Source: Patescibacteria group bacterium
GTDB lineage: Bacteria > Omnitrophota > Gorgyraeia > Gygaellales > Profunditerraquicolaceae
Assembly (NCBI GenBank): GCA_035506195.1
Contig: DATJPV010000048.1
Location: 2,011-66,010, forward strand
Reading direction: 5' to 3'
Length of the DNA stretch: 64,000 nucleotides
This document shows positions 37,804 to 47,328 of the stretch, in pieces. Both the position numbers and the translations under genes were made by a program. Each line of letters begins with the position of its first letter. The first letter of the stretch is position 1. The notes beneath the pieces are model-generated. The model was not told the origin of the DNA, did no database searches, and saw nothing but the letters and a program-made list of their open reading frames with translations.

Positions 37804-39087
37804 ATGCGCATCCTGGTTGTTGGCTCAGGCGGCAGGGAACATGCGCTGGTCTGGAAGATCGCGCAGTCAAAATTGACTGACAAGATCTTCTGCGCGCCGG
37901 GTAACGGCGGCATCGCGCAACAGGCAGACTGCCTCGATATAAAAGCCGAAGACATCCCCGGGTTGCTTGAGTTTGCCCGTAAGGAGAAGATCGGGCTGAC
38001 CGTGGTCGGGCCGGAGGCCCCGCTTGCCGCCGGCATTGTCGATGAATTCAAAAAATACGGCTTAAGAATATTCGGACCGGACAAAAAGGCCTCCCAAATG
38101 GAGGCCAGTAAGATCTTTGCCAAGGAGTTGATGGCAAAATACGGCATTCCTACCGCCGCATTCAAGGTCTTTGACGATCCCGGCGAAGCCAAGCGCTACA
38201 TTGAAAAAAGAAATACCCCTTGTGTGGTAAAAGCAGACGGCCTTGCCGCAGGCAAGGGCGTAGTTGTTGCCAAGGATGCCGGGGAGGCGCTTAAGGCAAC
38301 AGAGGCAATGATGCAACAGAAGGCCTTCGGCCAGGCAGGCTCCCGGATAGTGGTTGAGGATTGCCTGCAAGGGCCCGAGGCCTCCATACTGGTGTTGGTG
38401 GACCACAAGACCATTATTCCCCTTGCCTCCAGCCAGGACCACAAGCGTATCTTTGATAACGATGCCGGGCCGAATACCGGCGGGATGGGTGCGTATTCGC
38501 CGGCTCCGGTAGTCACCCGGGAATTATTCGCCGACATCCTTGACCGTGTCATATACCGTACTATCGACGGCCTGGCCAAAGAGGGCATCGGCTACCGCGG
38601 CGTCTTGTATGCCGGGATCATGCTTACTGCCGACGGCCCCAAGGTCCTTGAGTTCAACGTGCGTTTCGGCGACCCCGAAACCGAAGCGGTCCTGCCGCGG
38701 CTGACATACGATTTGGTGGAAGTGATGGCGGCGGCAAGCGAAGATAAGCTGTACCGGATCATCCAGGCCGGCGGCTTAAGCTGGGATGACCGTTTCTGCG
38801 TATGCGTCGTAGTCGCCTCCGGAGGCTATCCCGGGGATTATCAGAAGGGCAAAGAGATCATCGGCCTTGCGGATGCCGCCGGGATGAAGGACGTGGTGGT
38901 ATTCCACGCCGGCACGGCGCTGGCAGCTCAGCCGTCGCGTTTCGTCACCAGCGGCGGCCGGGTATTGGGCGTTACCGGCCTGGGCTCGACGGTCAAAGAG
39001 GCGATCGGTCGGACATACCAGGCAGTGGACAAAATAAAATTTGAAGGCATGCAGTACCGGCACGACATTGCGGCGCGGGCATTATAA
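37804..39087 (+). CDS. purD: Phosphoribosylamine-glycine ligase
   Basis: GSGGREHA, KADGLAAGKGV, GPNTGGMGAY, RFGDPE. Confidence 0.97.
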   Translation: MRILVVGSGGREHALVWKIAQSKLTDKIFCAPGNGGIAQQADCLDIKAEDIPGLLEFARKEKIGLTVVGPEAPLAAGIVDEFKKYGLRIFGPDKKASQMEASKIFAKELMAKYGIPTAAFKVFDDPGEAKRYIEKRNTPCVVKADGLAAGKGVVVAKDAGEALKATEAMMQQKAFGQAGSRIVVEDCLQGPEASILVLVDHKTIIPLASSQDHKRIFDNDAGPNTGGMGAYSPAPVVTRELFADILDRVIYRTIDGLAKEGIGYRGVLYAGIMLTADGPKVLEFNVRFGDPETEAVLPRLTYDLVEVMAAASEDKLYRIIQAGGLSWDDRFCVCVVVASGGYPGDYQKGKEIIGLADAAGMKDVVVFHAGTALAAQPSRFVTSGGRVLGVTGLGSTVKEAIGRTYQAVDKIKFEGMQYRHDIAARAL

Positions 39088-39103
39088 ACAAAAAGGGGTG
39101 TAT

Positions 39104-39592
39104 ATGAAATATCCGGCGGTAAGCGTGATCATGGGCAGTCAATCCGATCTGGAAATAGTCAACGAAGCAATAAGCGTCCTTAAGGAATTCGGCGTTTCCT
39201 TCGAGGCAAAAGTTTTATCCGCGCACCGCAGCCCCAAAGAGCTGGCCGCCTACGTGGAGGCATCTTCTGCCAAAGGGGCCAGGGTGTTTATCGCCGCTGC
39301 CGGCGGCTCGGCAGCCCTGGCAGGCGTGGTTGCCGCGCACACGACCGTGCCGGTTATCGGCATCCCTATCGAGACCCGCAGCCTCAAAGGCCTGGATTCG
39401 TTATTGTCGACCGTGCAGATGCCTGCGGGCATCCCGGTTGCCTGCATGGCGATCGGCAAGGCAGGGGCGAAAAATGCGGGGCTTTTCGCTCTGGCGATAT
39501 TAGGGGCTACCGATACGAAGATAAGGGCAAAATTGGCGGCGCATAAAAAGGCAATGCGTCTTAAGGTCGCCCGGACAAAACTCGCCATATGA
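39104..39592 (+). CDS. purE: N5-CAIR mutase
   Basis: MGSQSD, SAHRSP, STVQMPAGIPVA. Confidence 0.95.
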   Translation: MKYPAVSVIMGSQSDLEIVNEAISVLKEFGVSFEAKVLSAHRSPKELAAYVEASSAKGARVFIAAAGGSAALAGVVAAHTTVPVIGIPIETRSLKGLDSLLSTVQMPAGIPVACMAIGKAGAKNAGLFALAILGATDTKIRAKLAAHKKAMRLKVARTKLAI

Positions 39593-40650
39593 TAAAGACT
39601 CGGATTGTTTCAGTCGATGCGATCAACCCCCGGGAAGAATATTTAAAAGAGGCGGCGGACGTCTTGAGGGAGGGAGGCCTGGTGGTCATTCCTACGGAGA
39701 CCGTCTACGGCGTCTGCGCAAACCTCTTGCACAAAAAAGCGGTGGCGCGGTTGTCCGAGATAAAGGCCCGGCCCAAGGATAAGCCATTCTCCCAGCACAT
39801 CGATAGGAAGGAAAAGATCGAGGCCCTGGCTAGGGATATACCCATCCAGGCCTATAAACTCATGGATGCTTTTTGGCCGGGGCCGCTGACGCTGGTATTC
39901 AAAGCGCGCGATAACGGCACGGTGGGCCTGCGTCTGCCGGATAACGAGATCGCGCAAAAAGTGATCGCGTTTGCGGATGTGCCGGTCGTCTGTCCGTCGG
40001 CAAACTTAAACGGTAAGCCCGCGCCGACGTGTTTCCGGGAAGCGCTGCAGGACCTTGAGGGGCTGGTCGAGTATGCCATAGATGCCGGGCCCACGAAACT
40101 CGGGCTCGAATCGACGGTAGTGGACGTCAGCTCCGATACCGTGGCGGTCCTGCGCGAAGGCGCGATCAAGAAGGAAGAGATCGAAAGGGTTGTCCGGACC
40201 AAGACCGTGCTTTTTATCTGCACGGGAAACTCCTGCCGTTCGGTCATGGCCCAGGCGCTGCTTCAGAAAAAGCTCAAGGAAGCCGGCCGCACCGACGTAG
40301 AGGTCCTTTCGGCGGGCATCATGATGCTCTCCGGCCTGGGGGCAAGCGAACCGACCAAGGAGGTCCTGCGGGAAGAAGGCATCGATGTCTCCGCTCACCG
40401 CTCGCAGCGGGTAACCAAGGAGCTGGCCCTGAAGTCCGATATCATCCTGGTCATGGAAAAGCTGCATGAAGAAAGGCTCTTGCAACTGGTCCCCGGGATA
40501 AAAAATAGGGTTTTTTTACTCAAAGAATTTGCTAAAATAAAGGATAACAATCTCAATATCGATGACCCCATCGGCACGACTCTTGAATTTTACCGGCAGA
40601 CCTGCGCCGTCATCAAGGAATCCGTAGAAAGGGTAAGCAATATCATATGA
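39589..40650 (+). CDS. tsaC: Threonylcarbamoyl-AMP synthase (TsaC/Sua5) fused to a LMW protein phosphatase (YwlE-like)
   Basis: PTETVYG, KARP, WPGPLT, SANL, STVVD; then CTGNSCRS P-loop and IDDPIG. Confidence 0.9.
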   Translation: MIKTRIVSVDAINPREEYLKEAADVLREGGLVVIPTETVYGVCANLLHKKAVARLSEIKARPKDKPFSQHIDRKEKIEALARDIPIQAYKLMDAFWPGPLTLVFKARDNGTVGLRLPDNEIAQKVIAFADVPVVCPSANLNGKPAPTCFREALQDLEGLVEYAIDAGPTKLGLESTVVDVSSDTVAVLREGAIKKEEIERVVRTKTVLFICTGNSCRSVMAQALLQKKLKEAGRTDVEVLSAGIMMLSGLGASEPTKEVLREEGIDVSAHRSQRVTKELALKSDIILVMEKLHEERLLQLVPGIKNRVFLLKEFAKIKDNNLNIDDPIGTTLEFYRQTCAVIKESVERVSNII

Positions 40651-41108
40651 AAAACGTACTTATCGCTTCCGATCACGCGGGGTTCAGGATGAAGGAGAAG
40701 CTGAAGCCCTACCTTCAGAAAAAAGGGTATGCGGTTAAAGACCTAGGTACCTACTCGACGCAGCGCTGCGACTATCCGGCTACCGCCTATGCCCTGGCAA
40801 AAGAGATCTCGCAAAAACGCTATGCGCGCGGGGTGTTGATCTGCAAGACCGGCATCGGCAATTCCATCGTGGCCAACCGGCTTCCGGGCGTGCGCGCCTC
40901 GCTGTGTTACAACTATTCGGCGGCAAAACTGACCCGCGAGCACAACGACAGCAATGTCCTGGTTCTAGCTTCCGCGTTCGTCACGCTCCCCCAGGCCAAA
41001 CGCATCGCAGGGGTATGGCTTGTGACGCCCTTTGCCGGTGGCAGGCACCAGAGGCGGCTCAACCAGATAAAGGCAATCGAAAAGGATATAAGAAAATGGA
41101 CAGTTTAA
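40647..41108 (+). CDS. rpiB: Ribose-5-phosphate isomerase B
   Basis: [24 protein letters not shown]. Confidence 0.95.
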   Translation: MKNVLIASDHAGFRMKEKLKPYLQKKGYAVKDLGTYSTQRCDYPATAYALAKEISQKRYARGVLICKTGIGNSIVANRLPGVRASLCYNYSAAKLTREHNDSNVLVLASAFVTLPQAKRIAGVWLVTPFAGGRHQRRLNQIKAIEKDIRKWTV

Positions 41109-42358
41109 AACATCTTAAAGTAGTCGACCCGGATATCTACGCGTTGATCAACGCCGAAGTCAGAAGGCAGGAAGATAACCTGGAGCTGATCGCTTCGGAA
41201 AACTTTACGTCGCTGGCGGTGCTGGAGGCGCAAGGCTCGGTGCTCACCAATAAATACGCCGAAGGCTATCCCCATGCGCGCTGGTACGGCGGCTGCGACA
41301 ACGTCGACGAGGTCGAAGCCCTGGCGGTGGAGCGCGCAAAGAAATTGTTCAATGCCGAGCACGTCAACGTCCAGGCCCACTCCGGCTCGCAGGCGAACAT
41401 GGCGGTCTACTTTGCGGCCCTGGAGCCCGGGGATACGGTCCTGGCCATGGACCTTGCCTGCGGCGGGCACCTGACGCACGGCCACCCGCATAATTTTTCC
41501 GGGATGTTCTACAACATAGTGACCTACGGGGTGGACAAGAAGACCGAGCTCCTTGATTACGACTATATCTTGAGCCTTGCCAAGAAGCATAAACCCAGGA
41601 TGATCCTGGCGGGTGCATCGGCCTATCCGCGCAGGATCGATTTCAAGGCTTTCCGCGGCATCTGCGATAAGGTCGGCGCATACCTGTTCGTCGATATGGC
41701 CCATATCGCAGGCCTGGTAGCCGCAGGCATCCATCCTTCGCCTGTGCCTTACGCCGAATTCGTGAGCTCCACCACGCATAAGACCTTGCGCGGCCCCCGG
41801 GGAGGGTTCGTCATCTGCCGCAAGGACTTTGCCAAAAAGATCGATTCCCGCGTATTCCCCGGGATGCAGGGCGGCCCCCTGATGCACGTCATCGCCGCCA
41901 AGGCCGTCGTCTTTAAAGAGGCGATGACCCCGCGCTTTAAAAGTTACCAGAAACAGATCGTGGCAAACAGCAAGGAGCTTGCCCGCGCATTATCGAAGAA
42001 GGCCTTTCGGATCGTCTCATCGGGCACGGATACGCACCTGATGCTGGTAGACCTGACCGCCAAAGGCATCACCGGCGCGGATGCCTCGGCAGTGCTGGAA
42101 AAAGCCGGCATTACCGTCAATAAGAACCTGATCCCCTATGACCGTAAGAGCCCGGCGACCACCAGCGGCATACGGCTGGGGACCCCGGCAGTGACTACCC
42201 GCGGCATGAAACAGGCCCAGATGCGCCAGATCGCCCAATACATCGATGAGGCGATAGAAGCAAGCAACTACCCGGAGAGCGCCCAAGCCATCAGAAAGAA
42301 AGTCCTGGCCTTGACCGGGAGGTTCCCTCTCTATCCGGAATTGTGGGTGAAAAAATGA
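41096..42358 (+). CDS. glyA: Serine hydroxymethyltransferase
   Basis: [26 protein letters not shown]. Confidence 0.97.
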   Translation: MDSLKHLKVVDPDIYALINAEVRRQEDNLELIASENFTSLAVLEAQGSVLTNKYAEGYPHARWYGGCDNVDEVEALAVERAKKLFNAEHVNVQAHSGSQANMAVYFAALEPGDTVLAMDLACGGHLTHGHPHNFSGMFYNIVTYGVDKKTELLDYDYILSLAKKHKPRMILAGASAYPRRIDFKAFRGICDKVGAYLFVDMAHIAGLVAAGIHPSPVPYAEFVSSTTHKTLRGPRGGFVICRKDFAKKIDSRVFPGMQGGPLMHVIAAKAVVFKEAMTPRFKSYQKQIVANSKELARALSKKAFRIVSSGTDTHLMLVDLTAKGITGADASAVLEKAGITVNKNLIPYDRKSPATTSGIRLGTPAVTTRGMKQAQMRQIAQYIDEAIEASNYPESAQAIRKKVLALTGRFPLYPELWVKK

Positions 42359-42816
42359 GCGCACGCACACAACCGCATAAACGCCCCAGCTGGGATGAAT
42401 ATTTTCTCGAGGTAGCCTGCCTTGTTGCCAAAAGATCGACCTGCCTGCGCAGGCACGTGGGGGCGGTCCTGGTAAAAGACAAAAAGATCCTGGCTACCGG
42501 CTATAACGGCGCGCCGTCGGGGGTCAGGCACTGCACGCAAACCGGATGCCTGCGCGACAGGCTCAAGATCCCCTCGGGCCAGCGCCATGAGCTCTGCCGC
42601 GGGTTGCACGCCGAACAGAACGTGCTCCTGCAGGCCGCGCTCTACGGCGTCAGCACCAAAGACAGCATTCTCTATGTGACCAATCAACCCTGCGTGATCT
42701 GCGCCAAGATGCTCATCAACGCCGGAGTTTGCGAGATCGTCATCTCCGACGGTTACCCCGACGAGCTGGCCAGGAAATTCCTGAAAGAAGCCGGCATCAA
42801 GGTGAGGAAATGTTGA
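42355..42816 (+). CDS. dCMP deaminase (ComEB-like)
   Basis: [18 protein letters not shown]. Confidence 0.93.
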   Translation: MSARTQPHKRPSWDEYFLEVACLVAKRSTCLRRHVGAVLVKDKKILATGYNGAPSGVRHCTQTGCLRDRLKIPSGQRHELCRGLHAEQNVLLQAALYGVSTKDSILYVTNQPCVICAKMLINAGVCEIVISDGYPDELARKFLKEAGIKVRKC

Positions 42817-42817
42817 T

Positions 42818-43291
42818 ATGAGGTGCCCCTTTTGCAACCACAAGGAAGATAAGGTCGTCGATTCGCGCTCCACGCAGGAGGAGTCGGCGATCCGCCGCCG
42901 CCGCGAATGTTTAAAGTGCGGCAAGCGTTTTACCACCTACGAGTATATCGAAGAAGTATCGCTGATGGTCATCAAGAAGGACGGCAGGCGCCAGCCCTTC
43001 GACCGCAAGAAGATCCTCTCCGGCATTATTAAGGCATGCGAAAAGAGGCCCATCAGCATGGAAAAGATGGGAGAGATCGTCACGCAGGTCGAGCGTGCCA
43101 TACAGAAGAGGTCCGACCGCCAGATACCTTCCTCGCGGATCGGGGAACTGGTGATCGAACGCCTGAAGCTTTTGGATGAAGTGGCCTACGTGCGGTTTGC
43201 CTCGGTATACCGGCAGTTCAAGGATATCGGCCAGTTCATGACGGAACTTAAAGACATACTCAAGACCGACACCGGCAAGAAGTCAAAATAG
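42818..43291 (+). CDS. nrdR: Transcriptional repressor NrdR
   Basis: MRCPFC, RRRRECLKC, ATP cone, AYVRFASVY. Confidence 0.97.
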   Translation: MRCPFCNHKEDKVVDSRSTQEESAIRRRRECLKCGKRFTTYEYIEEVSLMVIKKDGRRQPFDRKKILSGIIKACEKRPISMEKMGEIVTQVERAIQKRSDRQIPSSRIGELVIERLKLLDEVAYVRFASVYRQFKDIGQFMTELKDILKTDTGKKSK

Positions 43292-43308
43292 AAAGGGAAG
43301 TTTTCGCG

Positions 43309-43728
43309 ATGGTAGAAATGGAACTGAGCAAGATCGTCATCGACGAGAAGAGGCATGACCAGCTCATCGTCCTGAAAGAAAAGGGGGGCAGCCGCATCCT
43401 GCCCATCGTCATCGGCCTCAACGAAGCCTCGGCGATAAAACTGAAGATCAGCGGTTTCAACCCTCCGCGGCCGATGACGCACGACCTGCTGTTTTCCGCC
43501 ATCGAAAGCCTGGAAGCCAAGATCGAGAAGGTCATCGTCGACAAGCTCGAAGAGAATACCTTTCACGCAAAACTGGTCGTCAGGACCGAATCCGGCAAGA
43601 CCAAGATCATCGATGCCCGGCCTTCGGACAGCATCGCCCTGGCGGTCAGGGCGCACGTATCCATATTCGTGGAAGACGATGTGGTCAAGCAATCGGAGAC
43701 CTTCAATCAGAACAATAAAACCCTATGA
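43309..43728 (+). CDS. Bifunctional nuclease family (DUF151) protein
   Basis: LPIVIG, PRPMTHDL, DARPSDSIALA. Confidence 0.92.
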   Translation: MVEMELSKIVIDEKRHDQLIVLKEKGGSRILPIVIGLNEASAIKLKISGFNPPRPMTHDLLFSAIESLEAKIEKVIVDKLEENTFHAKLVVRTESGKTKIIDARPSDSIALAVRAHVSIFVEDDVVKQSETFNQNNKTL

Positions 43729-44198
43729 AGGTGGGCATACTTTCCGATACGCACGACAACCTCCCCCAGATCGAAAAGGCAATCGCGCTGTTTAACCGCC
43801 AACAGGTTGATCTTGTCCTGCATGCCGGGGATTTCGTCGCTCCTTTTGCCATCGCCAAATTCCAGGAGCTCTCCTGCCCCTGGGCCGGGGTGTTCGGCAA
43901 TAATGACGGCGAGAAGAAAGGCCTGGCTGCCGCTTCGGAAGGCCGGATACAGGAAGGCCCCTTAAGGACTACGCTCGGCGGCCGCAAGATTACCGTTGTC
44001 CACGACATCGCTTCGATCAACCCCCAGACCGAGGAAGCGGACCTGATCGTCTTCGGGCACACGCATAGGCAGGCGGCGCTGAAGCAGCAGGATAAATTGC
44101 TCATCAATCCGGGTGAATGCGGCGGCTGGCTCAGCGGTAAATCGACGGTTGCGGTCGTGGACCTGGAAACGATGTCCGGAAAGCACACTACCTTATAA
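43725..44198 (+). CDS. Metallophosphoesterase (YfcE/MJ0936-like)
   Basis: SDTHDN, HAGD, GNND, GHTH, NPGE. Confidence 0.92.
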   Translation: MKVGILSDTHDNLPQIEKAIALFNRQQVDLVLHAGDFVAPFAIAKFQELSCPWAGVFGNNDGEKKGLAAASEGRIQEGPLRTTLGGRKITVVHDIASINPQTEEADLIVFGHTHRQAALKQQDKLLINPGECGGWLSGKSTVAVVDLETMSGKHTTL

Positions 44199-44209
44199 GA
44201 TACCTCCAC

Positions 44210-45673
44210 ATGAAATTATCCCCCGAAATTTTTACGCTCCTGAAAGGCACCGCTTCTTTTGCCGCGAAGAAAAAGGCCGCCGTCTACGTGGTGGGCGGGT
44301 TCCTGCGGGATATGCTCCTGAAACGGGAAAAAGAAAATCCCGACATCGATTTTTCCATTGCGCAGGGGGCCATCCGCTTCGGCAGGCAGCTGTCCAGGGA
44401 GCTTTCCTGCGGCTACGTGGTTTTGGATAAAGAGCACGGCTGTTGCCGGCTGGTCAAAAAGATAGACGGCAGCCTTTGTACCCTTGATTTTACGGACTTT
44501 CGCGGGCCGAGCCTTGAAGATGACCTGTTGCACCGCGATTTTACCATCAATGCCATGGCCGCGGAACTGAATACCGTCTTAGGCAGCCGTTGCCTTGACG
44601 GGGGGCTCATCGATCCTTTCGGCGCCAGGCATGACCTCGGCCGCAAGTTGATCCGCATGGTCAACCCCAAGGCCTTCCAGGAGGACCCCTTAAGGATGCT
44701 GCGGGCCTTTAGCCTGGCCTGCACGTTCGGCTTCAAGATCCATCCGCAGACCCTGCGCTGCATACGGGCGACTGCGCCGAAATTATCCCGTGTTTCCTTC
44801 GAGCGCATACGCGAAGAATTGTTCAAGATATTGGAGAGCCCCCAGGCCGGCGTATCCCTTACGCAGATGGATCGCCTGAAGCTGTTGCCGGTGGCCTTTC
44901 CGGAGATAGCGATGATGCGCGGAGTACGCCAAGGCCCGTATCACCACCTGGACGTCTGGAAACACAGCCTGGAAACCGTCAGACAGCTCGACATGCTCCT
45001 GCAACAGCTTCGCCGTAACAAGGATGTGAAGGAGTATCTGGACGAAGCCATTACTTCGACGAGAAAACGCCGGGGGTTGCTTAAATTAGGGGCGCTGCTG
45101 CACGATATCGGCAAACCCAAGGCATTGCGCCGCAGAGACGGCAAGACGATATTTCACGGCCACGAGCGGGTAGGAGTCGGGTTCACGCGCCAGATCAGCA
45201 GGCGCCTGAGGCTCTCTAACGACGAAACACAGGCGCTTGAGCGTATGGTGATGTGGCACCTGCGCCCCGGCTACCTTGCGGATAATGCGCAGATAAGCAG
45301 CCGCGCCAAGTTCAGGTATTTCCGGGACACGCAGAAAGAGGGGGCATCCGTGCTCTTGCTTTCTTTGGCAGACCAGCGCGCGACCTGCGGGCCGCTGACC
45401 ACCCGGGAATCCCGGCTTCAGCATGAGAAGGCATGCCTTCAGTTGATCAAGGAATATTTCCGCAGGCAGAAAGAGGCTTCTCCTGCGCGCCTGATCAACG
45501 GGGATCAGCTCATGCGCAGCCTCAAGATACCTCCTTCGCCGCTTGTCGGCAGGATACTGCTTCAGATCGAAGAGCTGCAGGCGATCGGCAAGGTCAAGAA
45601 TGCGCAGCAGGCGCTGGCGGCCGCGCGGAAGATAGAGAAAGAGATGTCTGCCCTGACTCGTAAACGACGCTAA
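44210..45673 (+). CDS. CCA-adding/poly(A) polymerase family nucleotidyltransferase with HD domain
   Basis: VGGFLRD, DIDF, RDFTINAMA, EDPLRMLR, ERIREE, LLHDIGK. Confidence 0.9.
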   Translation: MKLSPEIFTLLKGTASFAAKKKAAVYVVGGFLRDMLLKREKENPDIDFSIAQGAIRFGRQLSRELSCGYVVLDKEHGCCRLVKKIDGSLCTLDFTDFRGPSLEDDLLHRDFTINAMAAELNTVLGSRCLDGGLIDPFGARHDLGRKLIRMVNPKAFQEDPLRMLRAFSLACTFGFKIHPQTLRCIRATAPKLSRVSFERIREELFKILESPQAGVSLTQMDRLKLLPVAFPEIAMMRGVRQGPYHHLDVWKHSLETVRQLDMLLQQLRRNKDVKEYLDEAITSTRKRRGLLKLGALLHDIGKPKALRRRDGKTIFHGHERVGVGFTRQISRRLRLSNDETQALERMVMWHLRPGYLADNAQISSRAKFRYFRDTQKEGASVLLLSLADQRATCGPLTTRESRLQHEKACLQLIKEYFRRQKEASPARLINGDQLMRSLKIPPSPLVGRILLQIEELQAIGKVKNAQQALAAARKIEKEMSALTRKRR

Positions 45674-45733
45674 AATTCTCTACGAGAATTTTAGCGTACT
45701 CGTCAGGATTTCGCTAGATTTAAAATCAAGGAG
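45646..45733 (+). repeat. Structured intergenic element, copy 1
   Basis: CCTGAC...ACGCTAAAATTCTC-tac-GAGAATTTTAGCGT...GTCAGG-ATTTCGCT...TCAAGGAG. Confidence 0.8.
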
Positions 45734-45737
45734 CTCA

Positions 45738-46142
45738 ATGCTAAGCGGATATCGGAAATATTCGGGGAATGACCGGCGCAGGTTCCAGCGGCTTGATCTG
45801 AACGTGGTCGTCATGTACAGCGTCGCCGAGCCCCTGACCATCCGCGCCACCGTCGGAGACAGGGAGATAGAGGCGACGATGCTCAACTTGAGCCTCGGCG
45901 GCATGGGCCTGCTTACCGAATACAACCTTCCCGTCTGGACGCTTCTGGACATACGCTTCACCCTGACCAGGATCACCAAGGAAGGCACGGTAGGCATGTA
46001 CGGTCCGATGCGGATACGCGGGGAGGTCCGTTCCAACGTCCCGCTGGACGAAAAGGAATACCGCCTGGGGATCTCTTTTATCAGGATCGAAGACAAAGAC
46101 AAGGTGGGGTTGACGGAGTTCTTAAAAAGCATTATGAGGTGA
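45738..46142 (+). CDS. PilZ-domain c-di-GMP receptor
   Basis: RRRFQR (RxxxR) and NLSLGG (D/NxSxxG). Confidence 0.9.
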   Translation: MLSGYRKYSGNDRRRFQRLDLNVVVMYSVAEPLTIRATVGDREIEATMLNLSLGGMGLLTEYNLPVWTLLDIRFTLTRITKEGTVGMYGPMRIRGEVRSNVPLDEKEYRLGISFIRIEDKDKVGLTEFLKSIMR

Positions 46143-46144
46143 TC

Positions 46145-46768
46145 ATGGGTGCGTATAAAACCAGGACCATGGCAGGCATCGAGCAGAAGATGGAAGACAT
46201 GGATGAGTCGTCATTCCGGTACCACGTGTTGTCTACCGCAAAAAATTTCAAGACCTCCTGGGTAGAGCTGGGCAGGTCCCTGTACGCGGTATGGAAAGAC
46301 AAGATGTTCAAGGAATGGGGTTTCATTTCCTTTGACGCCTACACAGCCAAAGAGATCGGCATACGTAAACAGACCGCGCTGAAGCTGCTGCGTTCTTACT
46401 ACTTCCTGGAAAAGGAAGAGCCTGCGCACCTGGTTTCCGCTCCCGCCTACGAATCGGTGGACCTTTTACGCCTGGCCAAGAATAAGAAAGAACTGGACGC
46501 GCAGGATTACGACCATCTTAAAAAAGAAGTATTCGACAAGGGCAGGGACGCCCGCGAAATAAAGAAAGATCTGTCCGCGCTTATCCGGCAGAGGCAGGAG
46601 CTCGACCCTCAAGAGGCCTGGGAAAAAAAGAGGATGGCTACCGTCAAGAGGTTCCTGGGAGCGCTTAAGGGCCTTAAGCAGGAGATCGAAAGCGCAAAGC
46701 TGCTTCCTGCCTCGGTTATCAAGGACGCCGAAGCGCTCATAAAGAAACTGGAAGAGGAGATCGCCTAA
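46145..46768 (+). CDS. Helical hypothetical protein, possibly DNA-binding
   Basis: GAGGTG RBS; WVELG...WGFISFDAY...EIGIRKQTA resembles a DUF3102/HTH-like pattern. Confidence 0.7.
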   Translation: MGAYKTRTMAGIEQKMEDMDESSFRYHVLSTAKNFKTSWVELGRSLYAVWKDKMFKEWGFISFDAYTAKEIGIRKQTALKLLRSYYFLEKEEPAHLVSAPAYESVDLLRLAKNKKELDAQDYDHLKKEVFDKGRDAREIKKDLSALIRQRQELDPQEAWEKKRMATVKRFLGALKGLKQEIESAKLLPASVIKDAEALIKKLEEEIA

Positions 46769-46769
46769 G

Positions 46770-47312
46770 ATGGTAAAAAGGATCGCTACGGTTATCGCGT
46801 TGTGCGCATGCGTGCAGGCCTTTCCTCTCGGCATCGCCTGCCGCGCTTCGCAGGTCTCTTACGAAGAGTTAAGGCGTACCTATATCCCGCAGTCCAGCCC
46901 CGAGGCAAGTTACCGCCTGGAATATGAGTTGATGCTCAAGGGTATGTATTGTTATGACCTGCCGCTGTTTGACCCCGACTGGCGCAGGAAGGGCCGAGAA
47001 ATCATTTTTTCTTCGGCTTACCGCCAGACGGCACAGGGTTTTGACGCGCCTTTTATGAGCCGCATCGAGGGAAGCTACGCAGTCATCTATTATCCCGACA
47101 ATAAAGACCTGGGTCCGGTGTTCCTGTACCGCGACCGCTCAGGCTGGGTCGTCGACAGGACCAGCGTTATGGATAATATTACCTACAGTTCTTCGAATAA
47201 AGAATGGTTTGCCCAGGACGGCGACTATCCCTACCTTGCCATACTCAAACGGGCTTTTTCCATGGAAAAGGTCAGGCTTAATAGCGGAGCCTGGGCCTAT
47301 AGAGTAAGATAG
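46770..47312 (+). CDS. Hypothetical secreted protein
   Basis: Signal-peptide-like N-terminus; abuts the upstream gene. Confidence 0.65.
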   Translation: MVKRIATVIALCACVQAFPLGIACRASQVSYEELRRTYIPQSSPEASYRLEYELMLKGMYCYDLPLFDPDWRRKGREIIFSSAYRQTAQGFDAPFMSRIEGSYAVIYYPDNKDLGPVFLYRDRSGWVVDRTSVMDNITYSSSNKEWFAQDGDYPYLAILKRAFSMEKVRLNSGAWAYRVR

Positions 47313-47328
47313 GGGCCGGGGATAATCC

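Noticed and set aside
45667-45697. Element hairpins as ordinary intrinsic terminators
   Set aside because: No U tract follows the stems, and conserved flanking motifs extend well beyond the hairpin.
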